Of a DNA stretch of 47,473 nucleotides, positions 16,640 to 24,594 are shown piece by piece. Source of the stretch: a virus (Duplodnaviria > Caudoviricetes); IMG/VR virus record IMGVR_UViG_3300011405_000006, positions 1-47,473 of that record; one strand, given 5' to 3'. The notes under the pieces were generated by a model that did no database searches, was not told the DNA's origin, and saw only the letters and a program-made list of their open reading frames with translations. Position 1 is the stretch's first letter; each line of letters starts with the position of its first letter. Made by a program: the position numbers and the translations under genes.

Positions 16640-18719
16640 GCAGGAAGCGTCACAGTATCTGCGGGACAAGATGAATGAGCATGGACTAATCGATTGGTCC
16701 GTGCGGCTGAATCAGAATCCTGACAGTAAATTCCTCGGCTTGTGCTCCTACAAGGACAAGTGTATCATATTGTCCGCACACCACATCGACATACATCCGA
16801 CTGAGGATGTAAAGAATACAATCCTACACGAGATTGCACACGCGCTCGTTGGGCCGGGTTTCGCTCATGGGCCTACATGGGAAGCGAAGGCTCGTGAAGT
16901 AGGATGCGACAACACTCTCCCATGCAGTAACCTGACGTTGGACCCTCACATCATCGATGCCATTCGTTCGGGTGCAGATGTGGAGGTGACGTTCGACACT
17001 CAGGTAATCCGCACACCGAAATACACCGTTACACGGCTTCAAGATAAGTGTAACGTATGTGGCAAAGTCGCCAAAATGGCATCCGAAAGCATCATGACGA
17101 TGCCGGGTGACGACCAACCTGATATGAAATTTATCACGTTGGAATGCGGCCACATGATGGTCAAGTATATCCCCAAAGGAACACCATTCCACACGTTCCA
17201 GATGGGTGGTGACCCTACATGTCAGCACACATGGAATAAGAATCACTGCATCCTCTGCAATCGTTACAAGCCGTATGATTTTCAAGTCGAGGGCATGAAA
17301 TTCCTTGAAGCGGGATTGTCGATGCAGAAAGGTGCGGCATGTTTCGATGAGATGGGCTTAGGTAAGACCATCCAAGCGGGCGGAGTAATCTACTTCAACC
17401 AGCAGACACTCAGTCCAACACTATGGATTGTCAAGTCGGCACTGAAGTATCAGACGTCATCATTCATTCTCTACTGGATGGGCGATGAGCATGTGCCTCA
17501 GGTAGTGAACACGTCGAAGGATTGGCTCATCCCCGGCTTGAAGCACTACATCATCGGCTATGATATGTTGGTGCCTAAGTCGCGCACTCTGAAGAATGGC
17601 ACTAAAGTCAACAGCGGATTCGACATCACTCAGTTCGACCGGGTTGGCATTAAGTGTGTTGTGTTGGACGAATGTCAGCAGATTAAGAATGTTGACAGTT
17701 CGCGCACTCAGATGGTGCGGCGCGTAGTTCGGGACCGTAAGGTCATTCCACTCAGTGGCACACCTTGGAACAATCGTGGTTCAGAACTGTTCCCCGTGTT
17801 CAACATGATGGACCCTGTTAAATTCAATTCTGCTGAAGCATTTCGGCGACGTTGGGTTGACACGTATTACGTCGGCGCGTATGAGAAGGAAGCGGGTATT
17901 CGTAACATTCCAGCATTCAAGGAATACACGAAAGACCTCTGCATTCGACGTGAGCGCACGGAGGTGTTGCCAGAACTACCACTCGTCAACAGGACGAAGC
18001 TGAATGTTGTAATGACGGAGCAGGAAGAATCCACGTATGACGCGGCAGTAGATGAATTCGTCAAGTGGTATGAAGCTCAGGCTGCGGACTTAGGCGGCAT
18101 GGCAATCATCGCTGCGATGGCAAAGATGCGGCGGATTGTAGCGTTGGCTAAGATTCCGGCAACGCTGGAATACGTCAGCGAATTCATTGAGGATACAGAC
18201 CGTAAAATCTGTATCTTCGCGCATCACAAGGATGTTCAGGAAATCCTCTACACGGAACTGAAGGAGAAATATGGGAATGAGATGCCTGTATTTCAGTTCG
18301 TGGCAGGGGGCGACGTAAACGAGACGCAGCACAAGTTCAATACTGCACCTAGAGCAATACTTGTGGCGTCACAGTTGGCAGCAGGTGAGGGGCTGAACCT
18401 TCAGACATGTTGCGATTGCGTCATGCACGAACGTCAGTGGAATCCGGGTAAAGAGGAACAGTGTGAGGGCCGCTTCATTCGGATTGGCTCGACAGCACAG
18501 TCAGTGAGCGCAGTCTACGCGCACTTAGAGGGGCTTACAACCACCGACCCACAGTTAGACGCCATCGTTGCGAGAAAGAGGATTCAATTCCACGCGCTAC
18601 ACAATAAGGGTGAAGCAACGAAGTGGAATGAGGACGCCATCATGAAGGAATTGGCGGCGTCGATTGTGAACGCGCACAACGCGAAGAAGAACCGTAAAAT
18701 CGTCGCGAAAGGGGCCTAA
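16632..18719 (+). CDS. SprT-like zinc metalloprotease fused to a SNF2/SWI2-family helicase/translocase
   Basis: SprT motifs LGLC and TILHEIAHALVG...HGPTW; Cys-rich linker; helicase motifs FDEMGLGKT, LDECQ, LSGTP, GEGLNL, QCEGRFIRIG. Confidence 0.9.
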   Translation: MTRQEASQYLRDKMNEHGLIDWSVRLNQNPDSKFLGLCSYKDKCIILSAHHIDIHPTEDVKNTILHEIAHALVGPGFAHGPTWEAKAREVGCDNTLPCSNLTLDPHIIDAIRSGADVEVTFDTQVIRTPKYTVTRLQDKCNVCGKVAKMASESIMTMPGDDQPDMKFITLECGHMMVKYIPKGTPFHTFQMGGDPTCQHTWNKNHCILCNRYKPYDFQVEGMKFLEAGLSMQKGAACFDEMGLGKTIQAGGVIYFNQQTLSPTLWIVKSALKYQTSSFILYWMGDEHVPQVVNTSKDWLIPGLKHYIIGYDMLVPKSRTLKNGTKVNSGFDITQFDRVGIKCVVLDECQQIKNVDSSRTQMVRRVVRDRKVIPLSGTPWNNRGSELFPVFNMMDPVKFNSAEAFRRRWVDTYYVGAYEKEAGIRNIPAFKEYTKDLCIRRERTEVLPELPLVNRTKLNVVMTEQEESTYDAAVDEFVKWYEAQAADLGGMAIIAAMAKMRRIVALAKIPATLEYVSEFIEDTDRKICIFAHHKDVQEILYTELKEKYGNEMPVFQFVAGGDVNETQHKFNTAPRAILVASQLAAGEGLNLQTCCDCVMHERQWNPGKEEQCEGRFIRIGSTAQSVSAVYAHLEGLTTTDPQLDAIVARKRIQFHALHNKGEATKWNEDAIMKELAASIVNAHNAKKNRKIVAKGA

Positions 18720-18722
18720 CTA

Positions 18723-18881
18723 ATGCGAACACTAATCAAGAAAGTATGCACGCTCAAAGCTCCAGTAGGCACACGCGCCATCGACAATTACGAACGATGG
18801 AAGTGTGGCTGCGTCAAGTGTGTCGAGGAGTTGGCGAAAGCTGGATGGGCAACTAGTAAGACTGCTAAGGAGTCACTGTGA
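18723..18881 (+). CDS. 52-aa CxCxxC protein; absent from the ORF track
   Basis: MRTLIKKVC...WKCGCVKC...; GTGA overlap with the next gene. Confidence 0.55.
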   Translation: MRTLIKKVCTLKAPVGTRAIDNYERWKCGCVKCVEELAKAGWATSKTAKESL

Positions 18882-19069
18882 AGAACTACATTGAGTATCG
18901 CGTGTATCTGAAGCCTACTGTCGATTTCATGGATGCTGATGCTGCGGCAGAGGAATTGAAGGACTTCATTGTGAACCAACTAGACCCTGCTCTTGGAGCA
19001 CCATCATTCTTCACGCAGGATGTGACTTACGTCGTCAAATACGAGGTGACTGAAGATGAAGTTCAATGA
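18878..19069 (+). CDS. Hypothetical acidic protein
   Basis: AAGGAG RBS; GTG start. Confidence 0.7.
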   Translation: MKNYIEYRVYLKPTVDFMDADAAAEELKDFIVNQLDPALGAPSFFTQDVTYVVKYEVTEDEVQ

Positions 19070-19325
19070 ACTAGAATTCGTCGATAAGCTGATGGGCCGA
19101 CAGGCTCGTGTTACCTTTCCAAATGGATATGGGGCCAGCATAGTGCAAGGCCCGTATTCATACGGCAACGAGTTCGGCCTGTATGAATTGGCCGTGCTGA
19201 AGGATGGCGTATTGTGCTATGATACGCCTATCACCTCAGACGTAATCGGCCACTTGTCACCTGATGCTGTAACGGAGTTACTCCAGCAGATTGAGAGGCT
19301 TCCTACAGTAAAGGTGATGGGATGA
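19056..19325 (+). CDS. Conserved phage hypothetical protein
   Basis: FPNGYGASIV...SYG...GLYELAVL...TPITSDVIGHL is a pattern I recognise from many phage early regions. Confidence 0.75.
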   Translation: MKFNELEFVDKLMGRQARVTFPNGYGASIVQGPYSYGNEFGLYELAVLKDGVLCYDTPITSDVIGHLSPDAVTELLQQIERLPTVKVMG

Positions 19326-19738
19326 GGTTCACGGACTATCATCCTTCAGCGTATCCAACGCAGGAAGATGTGTTGGATGTGAACTTTTGGTCTATCGTAT
19401 CAGATTGCCGGGCTATTAAAGCCGGCACTCTGGTACCTCGTTCATGGTTTGACATATCCAGAACATGGTATGGGGATGAGCCGGATATACTTAGGCGCCG
19501 CGCAACGGACGATAAGCGTGCTAAGTGTTCAGTAGCAGGTAAGGCAGCATGGGCTAAGAAAACACATAGTAGAAAAGTGTATGTGAAGAAGCCCAAACAC
19601 TTGCACAGAACGAAGAATCCAGTAGGGTTCAGAAAGATGGTGAACCTACTTACTGCAAATGGATGTAATGTGTGGGACGCGCGCATGAAGGCCCGCGAAC
19701 TGTTGGGATTAGATGGGCCAATCGAAATCCATCGATGA
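19322..19738 (+). CDS. Basic hypothetical protein
   Basis: ATGA coupling at both ends. Confidence 0.65.
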   Translation: MRFTDYHPSAYPTQEDVLDVNFWSIVSDCRAIKAGTLVPRSWFDISRTWYGDEPDILRRRATDDKRAKCSVAGKAAWAKKTHSRKVYVKKPKHLHRTKNPVGFRKMVNLLTANGCNVWDARMKARELLGLDGPIEIHR

Positions 19739-20046
19739 TGTGCGCCCTCAGAGAGGTAAAGGTGGAGTTTCACAAAGAACTGTCAAAGTACTATGACAAG
19801 TGGTTCAGAGATTGCCATGATTCTGCCGTTTACCTTAAGAATAAAGGTAAAGATGCAGAAGCAAAGGAATACTTAGAAGATGCTGCTAAGTATTTCGATA
19901 TTCTCAATGAGAATTGGAATGCAATCGAATACTACAGTATCGGAGATAATGCTCATAAAGTAGAGAGGAAGGATGGAATCACTACTCATCATAGTCGGTC
20001 TGATGTTTATCACGGCAATCATTCACATTCAGAAACAGGAGAATGA
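19735..20046 (+). CDS. Hypothetical protein with a His-rich C-terminus
   Basis: Start set at the ATGA overlap (19735). Confidence 0.6.
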   Translation: MMCALREVKVEFHKELSKYYDKWFRDCHDSAVYLKNKGKDAEAKEYLEDAAKYFDILNENWNAIEYYSIGDNAHKVERKDGITTHHSRSDVYHGNHSHSETGE

Positions 20047-20049
20047 AGC

Positions 20050-20325
20050 ATGAAACTGGTAGAAAAGATTGAGGAATTAGAACTACAGAATCCAATCAGT
20101 CAGTCGTTGTTAGTAGTGGCACAGAACAGCATCGAGAATGATAAGGCTCTCTTAAAGATGGGAGAAGCCATCATCGAACAGATGAACACTATTAGTTCGA
20201 TGGTACGGGAACATTCGTCACAGATTCTGTCGCTGCAAGGTGAGATTCTGTCGTTGAACGAGAAGCTGAAAACTATTGCGGAAGTAGTGCATTCGCACTT
20301 CGGTCCCACGTTCACACGGCACTAA
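20050..20325 (+). CDS. Coiled-coil hypothetical protein
   Basis: AGGAG RBS; heptad pattern. Confidence 0.7.
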   Translation: MKLVEKIEELELQNPISQSLLVVAQNSIENDKALLKMGEAIIEQMNTISSMVREHSSQILSLQGEILSLNEKLKTIAEVVHSHFGPTFTRH

Positions 20326-20327
20326 GG

Positions 20328-20610
20328 TTCACCTAGTTCGCCGTCAGACCCAGCTAGGTGGGCGAGTTTTTTACTAGTTTTCCTCGGAACAATAAAACTA
20401 GTATTTTTTGATGGGGCCACAACTTAGCTCGGTCTGGCCATCGAGGTAGATGTAGGGAATGCGTCTACAGGGTTGTGGCTCCTTCAAAGAATACGAATAT
20501 GGTGGGCAACAACTCAGGCGTCGTATGTGTCTACCGTAGGTAGGACATACTGGGGACGATAAACAACGGTGTGGAGTTTCCTGAGCACTCATTAGAAGCC
20601 GTGGCCCACC
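20328..20610 (+). ncRNA. Candidate structured non-coding RNA(s) / attenuator
   Basis: Four consecutive folded units in a 320-nt intergenic gap (see findings). Family not recognised. Confidence 0.5.
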
Positions 20611-20646
20611 CCCAATCTCACGTAACTCGCGTAACTAGGAGGTAGT

Positions 20647-21114
20647 ATGAGGAAGAAAGTGACTGTAAAGAAGTATCGTGTGCCGCGTTCTCTCCGCAAG
20701 ATGTTTCCGAAGGTGGAGTATGCAGTAGACGCGCACGCACCAGTCTACGTCACAGTCGGTGACAAGGATTGTAAGGATGCGCGGAAACTCAATCCATCCG
20801 AATGTGCTCTAGCGCGTGCAACGAAGCGTGAGTTGCACGCAGATGGCGTCATCATCGGGATGAGCACATCCTACATCATCAAGGGTAAGCAGGCGGTGAG
20901 ATACGATACACCGCAGTCAGTGGCGCGTGAGATTGTCTCATTCGACCGGCATGGTGATTTCGCAACAGGTGACTACCATCTGACGCCGAAGGCTCCATCA
21001 ATACAGTTCGGTGCTGAGCGCAACAGACCATCTGATTCAGGTGGTAAGAACAAGAACGCCCGCAGGAAGGTTCACATGTCGGCGCGTGTCCGCATGTTGC
21101 CGAAGGGACGATAA
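20647..21114 (+). CDS. Basic hypothetical protein
   Basis: AGGAGGT RBS; 155 aa. Confidence 0.75.
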   Translation: MRKKVTVKKYRVPRSLRKMFPKVEYAVDAHAPVYVTVGDKDCKDARKLNPSECALARATKRELHADGVIIGMSTSYIIKGKQAVRYDTPQSVAREIVSFDRHGDFATGDYHLTPKAPSIQFGAERNRPSDSGGKNKNARRKVHMSARVRMLPKGR

Positions 21115-22065
21115 GTGGACATCATCCTACAGCCGAAGAAGAACGTAATCATGGATGCTACACTCTTGTCGAGTTTGATGAGTTGTGGCAGACTTCATGA
21201 TTTACGTTTCAATCATCGTTTCGTCTCCACTCGGGGGAAATCTAACTCCCTCGAAGTGGGGACGCTCATTCATAAGGTGTTGGAGGTCTACTACAAACAC
21301 ATGATTAAGGGGTTTGACCGTAAAACATCCATCGGTCAGGCTCTAGCTGCGGGTCAACTCTTTGTCTCTGGATGCGCGCACTGTTCACAGGTTACTGAGG
21401 GCACTCCATCATGCGGACATGAAGTGATGGAGTATCCAGGTATGCAGAACACGGCAGAACATTCAGAGAAATGGAATGTAGGTTGGAGGTTCGCACTCGA
21501 CACATGCGAGAAATACTTCGACCACTACAAGAATGATGCATTCATTCCGCTCGCATGTGAGCAGGTTCGTGGTGAAGTGTTGTACGAGGACGATGAAATC
21601 CGCGTATTGTGGAAGGCGAAGTTCGACCTCGTAATCGACACTAATCAAATCGGCATAGTGTCGATGGACCACAAATCATTCAAGCAGCGGCGTGATAAAA
21701 CTACATTGTCCAACCAGACGACGGGTCAATGTCTGCTGCTCAAGAGTCGGAACGTCATCATCAATAAGATTGGGTTGCAGAGTACCCTGAAGATTGATGA
21801 GCGTCTGAGCCGAGAGGTAGTGTCATACAGCGCGGACAGACTGTTGGAATGGCAGTCTGAAATCCTTCCGTACTACGCATACAAGTACATCCAGTTCTCG
21901 GAGTCTGGATACTGGCCTCCTAACTACACGCACTGTGACAACGTGTATGGTCAGTGTCAGTTCAAGAATGTGTGCGAAGCTGACAGAGGTATGAGGGAGG
22001 AAGTGTTGAGGACTGACTTCATGATTGGCCCTGTGTGGGATCCAACTAATAAGCAGGAGGAATAA
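21115..22065 (+). CDS. PD-(D/E)XK exonuclease, Cas4/RecB-like
   Basis: GTLIHKVLE, E...KFDLVI...MDHKS, and a 1+3 Cys arrangement (N-terminal C; C-x6-C-x5-C at the end). Confidence 0.85.
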   Translation: MDIILQPKKNVIMDATLLSSLMSCGRLHDLRFNHRFVSTRGKSNSLEVGTLIHKVLEVYYKHMIKGFDRKTSIGQALAAGQLFVSGCAHCSQVTEGTPSCGHEVMEYPGMQNTAEHSEKWNVGWRFALDTCEKYFDHYKNDAFIPLACEQVRGEVLYEDDEIRVLWKAKFDLVIDTNQIGIVSMDHKSFKQRRDKTTLSNQTTGQCLLLKSRNVIINKIGLQSTLKIDERLSREVVSYSADRLLEWQSEILPYYAYKYIQFSESGYWPPNYTHCDNVYGQCQFKNVCEADRGMREEVLRTDFMIGPVWDPTNKQEE

Positions 22066-22289
22066 TGACTAGATTGGAACACATCGAATGGTGCAAGCAA
22101 CGCGCAATTCAAGAGTACGATTATTACACAGGTGCGGACAAACAACGCAATGGACTCACATCAATGATGAGTGACCTTGGAAAACATCCTGAAACAAATT
22201 CGGAAGTTCTGAGGATGCTTTGTCTCAGTCAGATGATGATTCCAATGAGTCGGCAACAGTTCATCAATTTCCTAAATGGGTTCAACTAA
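22065..22289 (+). CDS. Hypothetical protein
   Basis: GGAGGA RBS; TAATG coupling at both ends. Confidence 0.7.
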   Translation: MTRLEHIEWCKQRAIQEYDYYTGADKQRNGLTSMMSDLGKHPETNSEVLRMLCLSQMMIPMSRQQFINFLNGFN

Positions 22290-23101
22290 TGCCAACGATG
22301 GATTCAGTGAACTTCGATTCACTCTACTGCATGTTCAAGGGTGAGCCGGGTACTCGTAAGTCAACTCAGGCTCTATCATTCCCTGGACCACAGTTCTGGT
22401 TCAGTTGGGACAGGAAGATGAACGGCATCTATCTGCCCATGAAGAAGTGGGGTGTGGACCCTAAGTCCGTGACATACGAGGACTTCGATAACTGGAATAA
22501 GCCGAAACAAATGTTGGAGAAGTTTCAGGCTGACTGTCCTTATCGCACTCTCGTATTTGACAGTCTGACCAGCATGGCAGACATGACACTCAGACAGACG
22601 TTGCAGATGAAGTATGGTATGCAGCGTAAGTCGGGTGCTACTGCCGGCAAGTTGATTGCAGGAATTGCAGTCAATGAGATTGAGGATTACAATGCTGAGT
22701 CGGCGGCTCTACAGGAACTCATTGCGCTTACGAAGGACATTAACGCTTTCCACAAAGTTAATATCATTCTCATTGCGCATGTGGTTCAAGCGGAATACCG
22801 CAATACCACCAACAACACAACTCACATCTCTCGTACAATTGTTACGGCTGGGAAGAAAGTTGCCCCCAAGATACCTGCCTATTGTGGAGAGGTGTATCAC
22901 TTTAATATTGACAAGGGATTCGTAGAAGGAGGTGAAGGTAAATACACGCTACTCACCGAGCATACGGGAGATGACTTTGCGAGGTCCGCATTAGGTCTCC
23001 CCAACAAGATTGAGTTCGGTGATAAGCCGCTGTATGACACATGGATTAAGCCGGCTATCGCGAAAGTGAAAGAGTCGTACACACCAACAACCAAGTTCTA
23101 A
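22289..23101 (+). CDS. Sak4-like / AAA_24 P-loop ATPase (single-strand annealing recombinase)
   Basis: Walker A GEPGTRKST, Walker B LVFDSLT, ILIAH; between exonuclease and SSB. Start at the TAATG overlap. Confidence 0.8.
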   Translation: MPTMDSVNFDSLYCMFKGEPGTRKSTQALSFPGPQFWFSWDRKMNGIYLPMKKWGVDPKSVTYEDFDNWNKPKQMLEKFQADCPYRTLVFDSLTSMADMTLRQTLQMKYGMQRKSGATAGKLIAGIAVNEIEDYNAESAALQELIALTKDINAFHKVNIILIAHVVQAEYRNTTNNTTHISRTIVTAGKKVAPKIPAYCGEVYHFNIDKGFVEGGEGKYTLLTEHTGDDFARSALGLPNKIEFGDKPLYDTWIKPAIAKVKESYTPTTKF

Positions 23102-23123
23102 CCAACAACACAGGAGAACAACA

Positions 23124-23513
23124 GTGCCCATCATCCAATTCAGTGACCGCGACCTGCTGCGTGGCAAGGTAGTTGAACCCGCGTGGTACGTCGTCACCAT
23201 CAACAACATCGGGGAGGCTCCGTCGAAAGATGGTGGCTCTACTAACTACCCGGTGGAAGGTTCCATCGTGAAGAATGCGGACTCTGGTTCGGAGGAATAC
23301 GCGAATGTTCCTCTTGACTGGAATTTCAACAGCAAGGCAATTGGCTTTGCGGTTGGATTCCTTGCCGCGTTCGGTGTGGACGTGAAGGCAGGTGCGCGCT
23401 TCGACCTGGCGAATGCTGTAGGCAAACAGGTTGAGGTGTTCGTGGAGAACGGCGAGTGGCAGGGACGTATGGTGAATCGCGTCAACCACAAGTATCGCGC
23501 ACTCCGCGGCTAG
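23124..23513 (+). CDS. Single-stranded DNA-binding protein (DUF669-like OB fold), putative
   Basis: PAWYVVTI...SKDG...VGKQVEVFV...EWQGRMVNRV pattern; follows the Sak4-like gene; lacks an acidic tail. Confidence 0.65.
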   Translation: MPIIQFSDRDLLRGKVVEPAWYVVTINNIGEAPSKDGGSTNYPVEGSIVKNADSGSEEYANVPLDWNFNSKAIGFAVGFLAAFGVDVKAGARFDLANAVGKQVEVFVENGEWQGRMVNRVNHKYRALRG

Positions 23514-23528
23514 ACACGTAAGACAAAC

Positions 23529-23576
23529 AGGAGTAGGATGGGCGTGACCTATACCATCCTACTCCTCTCTTTCATT
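23529..23576 (+). terminator. Intrinsic terminator-like hairpin
   Basis: Perfect 13-bp stem AGGAGTAGGATGG/CCATCCTACTCCT followed by CTCTTTCATT. Confidence 0.65.
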
Positions 23577-23596
23577 AGGTCCAGAATGAGGATTGT

Positions 23597-23830
23597 ATGT
23601 ACCTAAACCCAGATGAACCTGAGCAGCTAGAGCTGCCATTCGACCCTCCGGCACGTCCTGTACCACCTGTGGACGAAGATGAAACCGGCACCATTGTCGA
23701 TGAAGATGAAGATGACGATGACGATGAGGATTTTGAGGACGAGGAAGATGACGAGGAAGATGAAGATGATCTTCCTGTAGAAGAACCATCGGACGAGCCA
23801 AAGGCCACTGAATCCTCCCTGATGCAGTAG
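23597..23830 (+). CDS. Extremely acidic 77-aa protein with a QLELPF motif
   Basis: GAGGA RBS; about half the residues are D/E. Confidence 0.7.
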   Translation: MYLNPDEPEQLELPFDPPARPVPPVDEDETGTIVDEDEDDDDDEDFEDEEDDEEDEDDLPVEEPSDEPKATESSLMQ

Positions 23831-23922
23831 CACTCGCCTGATGATAGGGGGCCACTCAAAACCACAATATCGTGGATTACGAGTGCGCCCCCGAACTTAT
23901 CACAGTGAATGAGAGAAGGGAA

Positions 23923-24201
23923 ATGACTGAGCTAAAAATTGTAGGACGAGTAATCAAAGTCAGTAAGGAAGGATGGGGATTCATTTCATCGAAGCAGATT
24001 GAATTTACCCGTATCTTCTTTCACTGGACTGCGCTACGGCAAGACACAATTCCATTTCTGGAACTTAAGACTGGTATGCATGTAGAGTTTACCCCTCTGA
24101 AGATTGATGGTAAAGGCTATCGTGCAATGCATGTGAGGGTCATAGAGAAGCCTGTAAAGAAGGAAGAAGAAGCAGATGAAGTGTCCACATTGTCAGAATG
24201 A
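23923..24201 (+). CDS. Cold-shock domain (CSD) nucleic-acid-binding protein
   Basis: RNP1 GWGFI, RNP2 IFFHW, LKTGMHVEF, GYRAMHV. Start set at ATG 23923 after GAAGGG. Confidence 0.85.
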   Translation: MTELKIVGRVIKVSKEGWGFISSKQIEFTRIFFHWTALRQDTIPFLELKTGMHVEFTPLKIDGKGYRAMHVRVIEKPVKKEEEADEVSTLSE

Positions 24202-24364
24202 GCGTGCGGACCTGATGGAATACATGCCTAGCTGGAGAGTGTGGGTGTGTACTGTCTGTTCTAAAATGTTCAATGACTTCGAGGTAAAAGATGACATTAA
24301 CAGAACAAGTCAAGAAGGTAGCCGAAATATTGAAGGCCAGATTCCCAAACCTGACCACAAATGA
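24176..24364 (+). CDS. Zinc-ribbon protein
   Basis: CPHC...WVCTVC. Confidence 0.6.
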   Translation: MKCPHCQNERADLMEYMPSWRVWVCTVCSKMFNDFEVKDDINRTSQEGSRNIEGQIPKPDHK

Positions 24365-24410
24365 AACTATTGACTTGGCCTTCAAGATAGTGGGGGCCAT
24401 CAATGAGTGA
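24291..24410 (+). CDS. 39-aa helical protein; absent from the ORF track
   Basis: GAGGT RBS; MTLTEQVKKVAEILKARFPNLTTNETIDLAFKIVGAINE. Confidence 0.5.
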   Translation: MTLTEQVKKVAEILKARFPNLTTNETIDLAFKIVGAINE

Positions 24411-24594
24411 TTTTCACAAGGAACTACTGACAGAACTAGTGAAAGACTGGAGTCTGATGCAACTGAACGAGTACATCATCCAACTAGAACTAAGAAGGGC
24501 TGATATGGATGAATGGATTAACCATGCCAAGAAACTACGGAGAAAGAGGAATAAGAAGCCACCTGTAGATACAGGAGGCCGCAGTGGACTCTAA
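24403..24594 (+). CDS. Small coiled-coil protein
   Basis: Coupled to the polymerase start. Confidence 0.6.
   Translation: MSDFHKELLTELVKDWSLMQLNEYIIQLELRRADMDEWINHAKKLRRKRNKKPPVDTGGRSGL

Noticed and set aside
20413-20482. tRNA gene
   Set aside because: It has a GGGGCC start and a D-arm-like segment, but no T-arm (TTCRA), no 7-nt anticodon loop and no CCA. Kept only as an unclassified structure.
23559-23865. Minus-strand ORFs (Ser-rich, His-rich, hydrophobic)
   Set aside because: They are shadows of the GAY/GAR codon run of the acidic gene and run against the operon direction.
23838-23900. Hammerhead ribozyme (CTGATGA...GAA)
   Set aside because: No correctly placed GAAA or stems I and III; CTGATGA overlaps an ordinary stem.
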